NCBI GenBank assembly: GCA_964036045.1
Contig: OZ038378.1
Coordinates: forward strand, 157,852,001 to 157,916,000
DNA: 64,000 nt
Source: Eutreptiella sp. 'Long Island Sound 2002'
Lineage: Eukaryota > Protista > Euglenida
Direction: 5' to 3'
A program made the position numbers and the translations under genes. Positions 25,201 through 37,329 of the stretch are shown piece by piece; the first letter of the stretch is position 1, and each line of letters begins with the position of its first letter. The notes under the pieces were generated by a model. That model made no database searches. It worked only from the letters and a program-made list of their open reading frames with translations, and was not told the DNA's origin.

Positions 25201-25590
25201 GTTTGTCACTCGTCCATCGAAGGGATGTTGCGGTGGGCTACCCGTGCGAGTTGTGCGGTCCATCGCCCCCCCGTTGCTCCGAACGCCGAGACCTCACTTT
25301 TGCTCTTGCGCATCGTGGCGCACGCTGCGGCATCGCATTGTGTGGCCATCGGGGGTCGCTTGGTGCCCGCCACCCCCCCAAATTACTTCCAAAAGCAATG
25401 CGGCGTGGGTGGGGCTGTGGGTGTAGGTCAAGCGTGTGGGGCTGCGCAGCCGTTGCGTCATCCCCCCCAACTTTTTGCAGCCCATTTTAGTGAATGACGC
25501 GCTCATTGACTCCGGCGAGGCAGTGGAGATGGTGTTGGGTTGCCCACAGAGGGGCCACGAAGGGGCCAACTCCGACGCCGCCATCTTCAG
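16265..25590 (+). CDS. large multi-exon hypothetical protein, probably helical; many exons, partial model
   Basis: Phase-consistent GT-AG chain 18097-18158, 18196-18247, 18301-18357, 18404-18470 and 20393-20510 reads DTPSARRWSAVLMSALTLDPVPMTIILRIMG...KIQRWAHDVESLFGGSAPILDRCRVAKAAVDAFEDYLLQALLHAEKE. Further exons: 16265-16344, 21160-21270, 24252-24314, 24964-25057 and 25491-25590. Confidence 0.75.
16800..17040 (+). mobile_element. retroelement 3' fragment ending in a TG-rich tail; second copy at 53644-53877 followed by a long (TG)n
   Basis: About 234 bp of high similarity; both copies end GCAAATYG followed by TG repeats. Confidence 0.7.
19694..19852. mobile_element. hAT-type MITE (159 bp), 15-bp TIR, 8-bp TSD
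   Basis: TIRs are CAGGGGGTGCCATAA and TTACGGCACCCCCTG (1 mismatch). Perfect TSD GGCTCAGC at 19686-19693 and 19853-19860. Interior has poly(T) runs and CCAACCGC motifs. Confidence 0.92.
22817..24196. mobile_element. IR-bounded element filled with a GAGGTGGCTTY satellite, ending at a 3' splice site
   Basis: Imperfect terminal IR CTGAAGGTGACCACCTGCA (22817-22835) and TACAGGTGGTCATTTCAG (24179-24196) encloses the array. No clear TSD. Confidence 0.65.
22849..24170. repeat. 10/11-bp satellite (GAGGTGGCTTY / GAGGTGCTTC) with higher-order structure
   Basis: About 1.3 kb of tandem variants. The rare variant CAGGGTGCTTC recurs about 794 bp apart (about 23033 and 23827). Confidence 0.95.
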
Positions 25591-26059
25591 GTGCCTGCCA
25601 TCGCTCTCCATCTCCTGCGAGTCGTTTCGTGGCGGTCGGTCGCTTCATGTATTCGTTGGTTCGGGTTGCAGCTGCAGAACGCTCCGTGAGCCCGCGACCC
25701 TGTGCGGCTGGGGCCGACCGAGACTCCGAGTCCGGGGCCCCCGATGGGGTCCCCGCCGCATGCCCGTGTTATCAAAATCCTTTTTTGATTATCTCCAATT
25801 TTCGAAATCCAATTCTCACCACCAGGCAAACTCAGCATCAACACCAGGAATTCTGATCATTCACGACAGATCGCTAGAATCGTTCATAGTTCTGAAATAC
25901 GCTGAATGTAATAACACAGTAATCTGCAAAATCTGCAATAGTTTACAATGAAATCTCTTGATTGAAAATGCGATTCGCGCGCGCGCTCATCCTGGCCGCG
26001 GGCAGCCCTAGCTGGGCATGAACCCGTCACAGCCCTTGTGCGGGCACCCCGTTGGCCAG

Positions 26060-29000
26060 CACGCCATGTGTCTGCACACAGTCTGCCATGCCATCTCCAA
26101 GTTTCGCGGTTGGAGGCCCGCCGGAACCTCTCCTTTGGAAGCGCTTTCCATTTCTGTCCGGGGGTTAACTTGGCGAAGACCCAGGCTGAGGTATGCCCAG
26201 GCGGTTGCACTCCGTTTCGTCGCAGTGCCTGCAGAGTTTCCTGCCCGCGTGGCCGCCGGTGTGGCCCGACGTTTCGTGCGTTCGGGGTCGGCAGAGTGTG
26301 TCATGTCCGGAGCCATGCTCTGACGCCCGCAGCACGCGCGGCGCGTTGTCCTGTGCCCGGCCGGAGGTGTGGCTGGGGTGTCTGCTACCACTGGCCCCGC
26401 GTCAGCCCATGAGGTGCTGCCGCCCGCTGCCGCCGAGCGGGAAAATGAGGCGAAGGCTGTCCCGTGTGAAAAAACGGTGTCCGGGAACGATGGCAAACTG
26501 CTTTGTTTTGCATCTTTGCATCCAAGCCATCCTTTCAAAGGCAGCCCCAGCCACCTTTCCACCGCCATAAAGACCCGCTTACGCCCGGGAGGGCCGTGTT
26601 TCATCGGTGTTTGACGGATGCGGACCCATCGCGTCATTCGAATACAGGCACAACAAAAATCATCCACGACCCCCCCTCCGCCCCCCCTGCCACCCCTTTT
26701 GCCATCTCCCATAGGAGGCATCTTCCCCCCCTTTTTTGCCGGCTTGAATAGGCTGCAGTCCAACATGCGTGCACATACCCCACCGACGGGAGCCAAAGAG
26801 TGGGGCATCTGCACCTGATCCCCCTGCTGATTCCTCTGTTTTGACACCTCTCGGAGGATTACAGTGCATTGTGCAGTAGGGTTTGTGGGCTGTTAAGCTG
26901 TTCCAAGGAGGGAGTTGATGCATCCAAGCCATCCTTTCAAAGGCAGCCCCAGCCACCTTTCCACCGCCATAAAGACCTGCTTACGCCCGGGAGGGCTGTG
27001 TTTCATTGGCGTTTGACGGATGCGGACCCATCGCGTCATTCGACTACTGCCTGCGCGCCGTGGCACACGTACCCCGAGGCGGCCCCACCGATAACGGTGT
27101 CGCCGCCGCCCACAAACGCGTGGAAAAGGGGGGCCACATATTGTGGGCCCTCTGGTGAACATGCGCTGAAATACGCCAATAGGGCGCCGCTGACACGCAA
27201 ACGGCACATCCCGCCACATCCAGCACAGCCCCGGCACACCAACGACTGGGCTCCGCGAACGCGGAAACGACACCAGCAGGAGCACCGGCCGCAGCGGCCG
27301 ACAGAACGCAGCGACCCGACGCCACATGCGAAGGGGAGAACGGGTGACTGTCCAGGGCCCTGTAAAGGAGCAACAACCCGACGGACTGTCACACGGGGGG
27401 GGTTCGAGGGCAGTCAACTTCGTGTGCGAAACTTCGTGTGCGAAACTTCGCGTTTCGAATTGGCCGCGGAATTCCCCCCGCGAAATCCCGGGGTCTCTGC
27501 GAAATTTTCCGCACACGAGGGGCAGTTTACTGTGGACTGCGGTGTCCCACTGTCCAAGTTCAAACGCACGTCAGGACCTGAGACCACCTGGACCCTCATC
27601 ACTGGCGGAGTGCGGCAGATGGGTCTCCCCTGCATTTGTGAGTGACACCTGCGGCTAAGCCTCACCGAGCCCGCAAAGCCCTACGCACCACAAAATTCCG
27701 GGAGTGTCCACGACACTTACCACACGACATCCAGGGGGCTCCGCAAAATTTTCCACAGCGACATTCACCACCGCCAATTTGATTTGGCACGGAATCCCCC
27801 CCCCCCCGCCCCGGTAAGTGGCCATCGTGCACATGCGTGGCACCATTGTATTGTTTGCGTGTTCCTGTCGGGAGCCGGGGGAGAGTAGCGTCCCCAATTA
27901 TGGAGTACAGCTGAAATGCTTTTGTTTGAAGTGTGGTTATGATCACGGGGGGGGGGGGGGGCGTCTCCTCAGTTCGGGTACGCGACTCCCCCCCCCTCCC
28001 TGCCCTCCAGGCCCACTTAGTTACCAAGGGTCAATGGCTACTGGCCATACATAGGGTCGCGCCAAAGGCGCCCGAAAATTTTGTCCCCTTTGCTGGGGAC
28101 CCCCGAGAATGCAAGGGTTAGGTAGCATTTCCGCCCACTTGCGGGCCCCCTTAGGCCACCGCGTCTCTGCCAAACTGAACTAGACCTGTGCTAACCCTCT
28201 CCCCTACCCCCCCCCCCCCCCGCAACTAGCAGCGACTCGCAAGTCCCTTAGAGAAGCCCTCCTCGGCGGCTAGCCCCCCCCCAAAAGCCCCCCCCCCCCA
28301 GGGGCCTTCGGCCCACTTCTACTTGGGGGGGGGGGGGGTCGCGTCTAAAAGCGAGGAGACGGCCCCCCCGTGGGTATGACCCCAGCTCTACGCACTCTTA
28401 CCGGGCAACGGGCCCCACCCTCCGAAGTTTGTTCCCCTCCTTTTACACGGACGCGATTTCAGGTGACGGTGAAGGCCATTTTGCAGTTGCTGTCTGACCG
28501 CGGAGTGCAGATGCAGTTGGCTTCTCAACGAACAGTATGGCCCCACGCTCTTCTCATGTGCGTTTTTGAACCCGCCCCTATTTTGGCATTTCGGGTGCAG
28601 AATGAACGACTGGACAACAACGCGAATGAGCGCGTTTGTCAGCATTTGCATGGGCCACCATTGCCCTCTCCGTGTGCCATGTGTATCCCAACCTGATCTA
28701 GGCAGCAGCTTTGTGCAGCGGCTCTGTTGGCCGGGAGGAATCCATTGGGAGAAACATTTTATTGCCACGCCAGTGAGCACCCGCCTTGTGCCTGTCAGGG
28801 TGCGTAGTTGTGAGGAGGGCACCAGAGGGGGGGGGGGGGGTGACTGAGTGGTGATTGAGAGGTGACTGAGCCGTTTGGCGCACTCGCTGCGCCGTTTCGC
28901 ACTCTCAGTGCTGAGCCGTTTCGCAATGAGCGCGCGGAACGGCCTGTAGCCTGTGGCCTCCAGCAAGTGACGGCAACCATCCAAAGGCCTCCAGGAAAGA

Positions 29001-32000
29001 ACAGCAATCATCCAGAACTCGCAACTGTTCACTGCACAAGTGAAAGGGGATTTTCAGAAGTGGTACGAAATGATGCTTCTTAGGATTAGCTCGGGATTAG
29101 TCACGGTGTATTTTGCTGATTCAGACTTTTCCCTCGCGACCCCTCCCCCACCCACCCACCCCAGGAAAGGCAAGCACTTGCAGAGGCTACTTGACCAGTG
29201 TTGCATGTCAGACATTGGACTATTGCGCTCTTCTGCTTGGTACATTGTCAGGAGTTGAAGTGGAAGGATTTGGAGACCCTGAATAGTCTGCAAGAGCTGC
29301 CAGTCGCGTTCAGGGCCCTGTCCACGGAGTCGCATTCCACGCAGACGTAGCAGAGGCAGTGCCGTGCTTATCTTGTACGGAAGTCGAAGGATGCAGTTGC
29401 AATTTGAATCTGCAAACACTCTTCAGCAAGCACTCTTGCATGCCCCTTCAGCATTTCACTTCGTCCTACGGTACAAAGGCTCACACCCCCGCCAACAGCC
29501 CAAGGCAGCCCCCCCTGCCGTGGTGGGTTGCCATGGCGTCCGGTGGGGCGGTGACAGGGCGGGGTCCATGGGTCCAAGAATGGCTCGAAACTGAAGCATC
29601 TGACTGCCCGGGACGGCGTTGTTGGGTATGGATTGTCCGTTGTTGGCCTAGGCCTGCAGGGCCGCGAAACGCTTTGATAAAACCCCCTTCGGAGGCTTGA
29701 AATGGTTCAGAAACGGGATGGAAATGGGTGAGAAGTGGCGACCTCCAACCACTTTGCGACCATCGCCAAATTTGTTGACCCACGTGACCCCAACTGTGCC
29801 CCTAATTTCCCCCCACAAAAATCGCGAAATGTGTTGGATTTCTGAGGATCGCAGTGTACGGGGTGAAGGGTGAGCGGTGCAACGTGCGGGCGGGCACGGT
29901 ACACAGAGGATGCCGCGTGGAGAGTGGGGGGCGGGTTGTTTGGGTTGGGGTGGCCACTCCTCCTCGTCCGCGCGAGCTCCACAGAGATCGGGGTAGGCAG
30001 GGCAGTATTAGAATGGCCACCGTAGGAGGAGGGGGTGTTACCCCCCTCCCCCCTCCTCCCCCCAGCTCAAAAGATGCCCTGCCCCCCCCCCTTCCCCCCG
30101 TCTCCGGGACAGCCGACCCCCGGAGTAGTCAAACAGGACAAGTCATCCGGGGGCTCCGTTGACACAACCAAAACACGTTCGGGCCCACGGAGGGTCAGAA
30201 TGAGCGGTGGTGAGATGCCAATAGGGGCCGCCAAGGGCAAACAATCCGATACCGAGGCCTTGTGCCAAACCCCCCCTTCCCACCCCCCCTCCAGACCAAA
30301 GTGACAACAGAACGGGAAAACGAAACTACAATTACATTGCGGAGAGTTTGTTCAGGCCATTTTTGGTACACAAACTCTTGGGTGCCAGACGCCTCTTCAC
30401 CCCCCCTCCCCCTCTTCTCACTAGTAATACTGAGGGTAGCGTACCCCTCGCGCTCACTCCGCAGCCATCGCACCGCAGATATGTGGACCTTCATACCCCC
30501 GTGCCCCTGCTCCAGCCGCGCTCCTCCGTGCGGACCCTTCCGCTGACCCTCCACATGACAGTGGACTAGGGCATGGCAGGCACCCTCTGGGCGGTGTGGG
30601 GGGCTGGGGCCCCGGGGGTCGTTCCCCCTGTGCACAAGAGCGATTTGAATTGGCGCACGGCAGCCCCCCCGCAGCGTAAGCCTTTCCGTGGCGTTCAGGG
30701 AGGGAGGGAGGGGGGGGCTGAGGGGGGGTAAGAAATGGCAGCGCGGAAACCCTTTCACAACTTTCCGCAGTCGAGCCCAGACCCAAAAAGGCCACTGCCC
30801 TCGCCATCACCGTGCGATGCCCCACCCCCGTCGATGGGCCAGACATCCCCATTTCCGGCGTCCACAACGGCCGCTGTCGGGGGGGGGGGGGGGGGGCAAT
30901 ATTCGTACGATGGAGCGTACATTGCGATGGACTGGGCACTGCAGACCGTCTGGTCACCTCCGTTTGACCTGGGGCTCATGATGGCAGCTGGCCTTGCTGG
31001 CTGCATGCCCCCCGCCCTCCCCATGGCCCCCCAGACCCTCCGTGTCCTCGCAAGACTGAGCGAAAGGTATGTGGCCAAGTGGGGGCCCGCACGCGCAAGC
31101 GTGCCTTCAAGTCAGACAGGAGCCAACAGGGAACACAATGTAGACGCCGCTACCCACTCAGCACCTCCGCCAGCGTGACCCGGCGATAAAGCCCTGAACC
31201 ATGCAGTCCTTGACTCTACCCTGAACCCGGGAGGAGAACCCTGGGCCAATGGTACATGTGCTGGCCGGTCGGACACGCAATGTACTGAGATGGCGATGAA
31301 GGCCGTGTGAAGGCGGGCGGGCTGGAGCACAGTGGCAGGGCCACACCTGACCTTTGGAGGCCCCATGGCCTTGCTGGCTGCATCCCCCCCCCCCTCTTTC
31401 CCCTCCCCATGGCCTTGCTGGCTGCATCCCCCCCCCCCCCTCTTTCCCCTCCCCATGGCCTTGCTGGGGGGTAACCGCGAAATTCAGACCTCCGAATCAT
31501 CGCACTCGACTGGGGGGTTTGGGCAATGGGATGCGCTGTTTTTCCATCGGTTTTCTGCGGGATCCATTTCTTGGGCTTTTCAAGGGCCCAACGGGGCCAT
31601 GCGCATGGACAGAGTTGGCAGCAACCACCAGTTCGGAGCCCCATCGCGCTGCCATTCCCTTGCTCCCCCCCCCCCCCCCCATGTGGGGCTCGTGGCTGCC
31701 TCTGGCTCTGCAGGCGCCCTTGCTAAGGCTAAAGACGTCAACAGGGAACGAGTGCTGCATGGTCGACTTTTGGCATGTCTACCGCCCGATCAGTGCCCTG
31801 CTACGGTACGCTGACTCCCCCGCTTTTTATAACAAACCGAGGCCGATGGCCTTCTTGACGAGGCAATTGTCCGCCCCCCCCCCCCCCCCACACACACCCC
31901 AGGGGCCGTTCTCATATTCCTTCCGTTTGGGGTCCTAAGACCCGGTACCTCCCGGACGACATGACCTCCGCTGCCACCGCCACCAAATGGACCGTTTCAA

Positions 32001-32215
32001 CAGCGCTGATGCCCCCGTGAGGGGGGGAGGGGGGGGCATGGGCACAGGGCTGTGGATCCGTTTTTGTGTCGGACTCGAACGGGTCTATCCGTCCAGACGC
32101 TGTGACGAGGACATGCATTCCCGGGCCCTACTGCAACCGCAAGCGGTGGTACCAACGGCGCCAGCGTGGCCCATCCGACGCACCGTTCAGCACGGGCCCG
32201 GGGTCAAGTTGGTGA
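26060..32215 (+). CDS. further coding exons (continuation of the gene above or a separate gene)
   Basis: AG/GT-bounded protein-like exons, e.g. VTVKAILQLLSDRGVQMQLASQRT (~28461), ERTAIIQNSQLFTAQVKGDFQKW and KGKHLQRLLDQCCMSDIGLLRSSAW (~28996-29240), ALAKAKDVNRERVLHGRLLACLPP (~31714). Connectivity not resolved. Confidence 0.5.
26517..27043 (+). repeat. 125-bp direct repeats (26517-26641 and 26919-27043)
   Basis: TGCATCCAAGCCATCC...CGCGTCATTCGA occurs twice, 402 bp apart. Confidence 0.9.
31345..31465. repeat. ~45-bp tandem repeat CCCCATGGCCTTGCTGGCTGCAT-poly(C)
   Basis: Three units, plus a related motif near 30990. Confidence 0.8.
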
Positions 32216-32476
32216 AGTCGGGTGTGCGTTAAGGGACGGCCTTTCCGCACGAGGGCAAACGTCGGAACGCGCGGACGGCGAACTGGACGGTACTTTCAAA
32301 GCGATGGTGGGTGCTACCCTCCTGGTGCGGTCCTTCATCAGAGGAAGACTGCCCAGGGACAGGGGCTTGGCAAGGGTAGGTCATACCTAACCCACACCCG
32401 AAACCGGCCGTGTCACTGACCCATGACCTGCTTTGTGTACCCTCGGCGGACACTTGGTGGAACTTCGGTCACGGAT

Positions 32477-34846
32477 CTCAGCAATGAGGACAGTCACAGG
32501 GGAGGCAATTCCGCCCACAAACAGGCCTACCCGATAACTCTTGCAATCTCATTGCCAGCCCATACTCTGCCACGTCCCCCTTTGTTTAGTGCACATCCAC
32601 ACCGGGGACAACACAGGGCGCAATCATATATGGCAACCAGCAACGCCGTCACCAGTGATCCCTAGAAATTGGGTGAAACCCTAGCGTGCCCGGCTTTCTG
32701 GTAGGAACCAGACTGACAGGTACCCACTAGGCATGGCAATTGGCCTTTACCTTTGGCTGACCTTTAAGGCCGCCAAAGGGGTTGTCCTGGGGCAGATCGC
32801 CTGGCACAAGATAGCACCTCTTGCACACCGCTGGATTGGCAACCAATGCTTCCTGTCGAAACACGTCTAAGCGTAATGAATCAGTCCACAGGGCCCAGCC
32901 AGCCTTGGGCGTCATGCAGACATTGCGCTGGCTGCATTTTGCACCCAGACGCCTGCCCATTCGACTTCCGCGGTCACATCGGTCTCCACCGTTTGCATGC
33001 ATTCCATTGGTGCGCGCATCACACCACAGCCCTTGCCGCTGTTGGCACTGTCCGTGTTGGGGAGTTGCTCGGGGGGAGGTATTCGGCAGAAGTAAGATGT
33101 CCATGCTTGCGGCAAAGTGGATTGCTCTGTGCCTATGCCTGTGCCAACCCGCAGGCGATGGATTGTATCCACAGGGCCAAATCATGGGCATGACCACCAA
33201 ATGTGGCACCGCATGCCAACTCACAAAAGATGTTCAGGGGATGCACCGTTCGAGACGAGATGAGCATGGGATAAGGCTCTGGCCCCGTGCTGCCTCATCG
33301 ATGGATGGCATGACATGGGGAGGCGTGTGGATCGACGCATTTGGCATTTGTTTCAATTCAGAGAGCGACAGATTTAGTCCGGCGGCCAAAACACAATTGT
33401 TCTCAACTTCCACCTTCAATTAGACTTGGTTCAGTGTTATCGCCAGGATTTTGCGGCAATAACCTCAACCATACAGCCTAATTCTCTACACATGTGAAAT
33501 TCTGTCATAGATGCAACAGATTCCACCGTTGGAAGCTAGGATGGGAATTTTGAACAAATTTTGATAGAATTTCCTACAAATCTGCACCCATTCTTGTTGT
33601 GGTGAGCAATGATATGGATATGGAAGAGATATGGGGCAATCTTTGCTCCATATCTCATCATGTTTCCAACACCTAGACCCAGGCCAAATTCAAAATGCCC
33701 CATATGGTCTGCATATTATCACGTAGCATGGGAGACGAAGGCGCACCACGTGCCTCATGAATACCCATGCACCATGAAGCTCAGCAATGAGGACAGTCAC
33801 AGGGGAGGCAATTCCGCCCACAAACAGGCCTACCCGATAACTCTTGAAATCTCATTGCCAGCCCATACTCTGCCACGTCCCCCTTTGTTTAGTGCACATC
33901 CACACCGGGGACAACACAGGGCGCAATCATATATGGCAACCAGCAACGCCGTCACCAGTGATCCCTAGAAATTGGGTGAAACCCTAGCGTGCCCGGCTTT
34001 CTGGTAGGAACCAGACTGACAGGTACCCACTAGGCATGGCAATTGGCCTTTACCTTTGGCCGACCTTGAAGGCCGCCAAAGGGGTTGTCCTGGGGCAGAT
34101 CGCCTGGCACAAGATAGCACCTTTTGCGCAGCGCTGGATTGGCAACCAATGCTTCCTGTCGAAACACGTCTAAGCGTAATGAATCAGTCCACAGGGCCCA
34201 GCCAGCCTTGGGCGTCATGCAGACATTGCGCTGGCTGCATTTTGCACCCAGACGCCTGCCCATTCGACTTCCGCGGTCACATCGGTCTCCACCATTTGCA
34301 TGCATTCCATTGGTGCACGCATCACACCACAGCCCTTGCCGCCGTTGGCACTGTCCGTGTTGGGGAGTTGCTCGGGGGGAGGTATTCGGCAGAAGTAAGA
34401 TGTCCATGCTTGCGGCAAAGTGGATTGCTCTGTGCCTATGCCTGTGCCAACCCGCAGGCGATGGATTGTATCCAGAGGGCCAAATCATGGGCATGACCAC
34501 CAAATGTGGCACCGCATGCCAACTCACAAAAGATGTTCAGGGGATGCATCGTTCGAAACAAGATGAGCATGGGATAAGGCTCTGGCCCCGTGCTGCCTCA
34601 TCGATGGATGGCATGACATGGGGAGGCGTGTGGATCGACGCATTTGGCATTTGTTTCAATTCAGAGAGCGACAGATTTAGTTGGGCAGCCAAAGCACAAT
34701 TGTTCTCAACTTCCACCTTCAATTAGACTTGGTTCAGTGTTATCGCCAGGATTTTGCGGCAATAACCTCAACCATACGGCCTAATTCTCATCAACGGATG
34801 TGAAAATTCTGTCATGGATGCAACAGATTCCACCGTTGGAAGCTCT
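32477..34846. repeat. 1.3-kb tandem duplication (32477-33538 ~ 33780-34846)
   Basis: CTCAGCAATGAGGACAG starts at 32477 and 33780; both copies end at CCGTTGGAAGCT. Confidence 0.95.
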
Positions 34847-34961
34847 CCTACACACACGTGTTGACCTTAAATGCCTCATTTCAAATTTGTAGTGTGCAAA
34901 TCAGTAGCCATGCATACAAACAAGCTTTTCATTTTGCAATGGCCGGTCTTGGTATCGTTTC

Positions 34962-34986
34962 ACTTTCTGAGTGTCTTTTTTTTCTG
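34962..34986 (+). other. genomic relic of the euglenid spliced leader
   Basis: ACTTTCTGAGTGTCT-T7-CTG versus the Euglena SL ACTTTCTGAGTGTCTATTTTTTTTCG: 15/15 identity, then the A is lost. Not followed by the GT of an SL RNA gene. Confidence 0.88.
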
Positions 34987-35006
34987 TGCGCTTCATAACT
35001 GAATTC

Positions 35007-35223
35007 ATGGAGACTGAGACGCCTGACGATGTGGCAAAGCAGTTGCAGTTGTACCGCCAGCAGATGGCGCAGCGCCATGCAGCAGCAGCTGCCCCTGCTG
35101 TCCTGCAACCACCTCCAGACGGCAGCACGCAGATGGATCTGGATGAAGCAGTCCCACTCCCATCAACAACAGCGTGCCCTTACAGCACCAGCACCCACCG
35201 TAGTACTGGTGATCACCAGGGGG

Positions 35224-35263
<40 letters not shown>

Positions 35264-36497
35264 TACCGAGGCATGGCCTCCTGCCCTGGAAAGGCATTTG
35301 GACCCCAGTACAAGCCAATGTACACGTCCACTGCCAACTTCAGACCCAGATTGGCAAGTCCTTCGCCCGGAGGAACTGGCTGATGCCTCAGTCCCTCCGC
35401 TGCCGTCGGGGCCACGATCACCAGCAAACCGAGAGGCAGAGTGCACAACCGCACTGCCAGGCTTCCTTACCACCGCGTGGGACAGTTTGTCGACCATGTT
35501 TGGGGGCAGTTCGCGTGGAGGGCGGCCCCCGGACCAGCGGATGGCTCTGGTTGACCTGACACACGACGACAACTTTGATGTTGGCCTGACGCAGGAAGAA
35601 AGTGATGAGGCAATGGCCCGGAGGTTGGAAAGAGAAGAATATCTGAATGCCCAGTATTTGCAGCGAGAGCAGGCCAACACGGGCCACGACTTAGACTTTC
35701 TGCCGGAGCCCACATATGAACAGCTGCTTCCTGGGACCGGTGCCCAGTATCAGGGACCCCCCCCTCCTCCTCCGGGCTTGTCAGAAGATGCCAGACTGGC
35801 CTGGTATCTGCAGCATGAGCAGGGAGCTGTGCCTGCTGAGGCCTTTGGAAGTTCTGAAATAGAAGATGATGATGCTGCACTTGCCCGCCGTCTGCAACTG
35901 GAGGAGCAGGGCTCAATATCGGATGCGGAATTGGCGCAGCAAATGCAGGAAGAGGAGAACAGGAGAGAAGGAGTAAACAGGGCACAGCAAGGACACTACG
36001 ATCCCCAGATTCCGTTTGGCCTGCGGCGGCTGATGCACAATATGCGGGGCTTGCCGTTTGAGGAACCTGCCCCCCCCGTGTTTAATGCAGGCGATCCCAA
36101 CGCTCTCATGATGCACATGCTCCAAGGCAGTGGGATGCGTCACGACGAAATGGCACAGATCATGGCTCTATTGGAGGGCAGACAAGCCATGTCCCGTGAT
36201 ATAGATGGAGCCACCTATGAGGATTTGCTGCGACTGCAGGAGCAGTTGGGCGTCGTGAGTCGGGGGGCAACATCCGAGCAGATTGATGAGCTGCCCACCA
36301 GTACTGCCCCTGCCGCCGATACGAACAACGAACATACTTCATGTGCTGTTTGTCTGGAGGACTATGTGGAAGGGGAGAGCCTGCGTACATTGCCTTGCCT
36401 GCATCAGTTCCACACCAAATGTGTAGACACGTGGCTCAAGCAAAACCGGGCCTGCCCCATCTGCAAGATTGATGTCTGCACCCGTGATGGACCGTGA
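35007..36497 (+). CDS. RING-H2 E3 ubiquitin ligase (RNF38/44/BBR-like C-terminus), intronless retrogene, copy 1 (496 aa)
   Basis: C3H2C3 finger CAVCLEDY...LPCLHQFHTKCVDTWLKQNRACPIC, preceded by TYEDLLRLQEQLG. ATG at 35007 follows an SL relic and a ~20-nt UTR. Confidence 0.93.
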
Positions 36498-37329
36498 TGC
36501 ATGTGAACAGAGCTGCAGGGTGTAGACATGGGCAAGCAGGGGAATCGTCTGGGGATGTGGGCGGGTGTTGGGAGCGGCCAGAGACCCTCAGCTGATTTAT
36601 CAAATGGCGGGAGGCCTGTTTTCCAGTGTCAAACCTGAAAACCTCACAAATCTCCCATACGTCGAAAATGCCTCATTTCGGGACCAAAATGCCTCTGCAC
36701 CATGTGCTAGACATCCAAGACTTTGCTGAGGAGACCAAAGAATTCTGGGTCTGCAAAATGGAACCCTTGGGTCCCTCAGTTGGCACATCAGGACAATGAC
36801 GCGCGGCTCCGTGGCTCCTCTCTTGAGTTACACAGGTCCTGGTCATCACGGTTGGGGCAATATGTGCTCCAATGATGGGCTCAGCATTGGTAAATTTTTC
36901 TGTCCCCATTCCAGGCCTGTTATGCTGCTTCCACAATAGCTGCGGACCAAGTGTCTTTTGTTCAATGCACATTTGACCTGTCAATATGACGTTGGGAGGG
37001 TATTCTGCACCAAGAGTTTCTGTACCGAGACCAGCACCTGGAATCACCAACTCCAGCCCCCTGGCTAGTGTTGGGCTTGGGCCAGATTGATCAATGACCC
37101 TGAGCTCTGCTCTGCTTTTGTGACACCTGAACCTTTTTTTTATCCTGCACCACTGGATGTTTCCTCTTCACATCCTTGACCCAGGCTCACTACTAACCCA
37201 GAGTTCTGCTCATCTGGGCCAGGCATTGTCTGGGCAGGGAGGGGGGCAAGAAAATTGGAATATGATGAGTGGACCAAGATTTCGTAGCTGAAGGAGGAAA
37301 AATAGACAGGCATTTTTTCAAGCAGATGT

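Noticed and set aside
26517-27043. TRIM/solo-LTR pair
   Set aside because: Repeats end in CGA rather than CA; no TSD, PBS or PPT seen.
32727-34726. 165-200 aa ORFs on both strands repeated in each duplicated block
   Set aside because: Conservation reflects recent duplication. Overlapping ORFs on both strands with no recognisable domain; probably decayed TE sequence.
37295-37310. SL-like TGTCTATTTTT on the minus strand
   Set aside because: Only 11 nt, and disrupted in the duplicate copy (~47305); likely chance.
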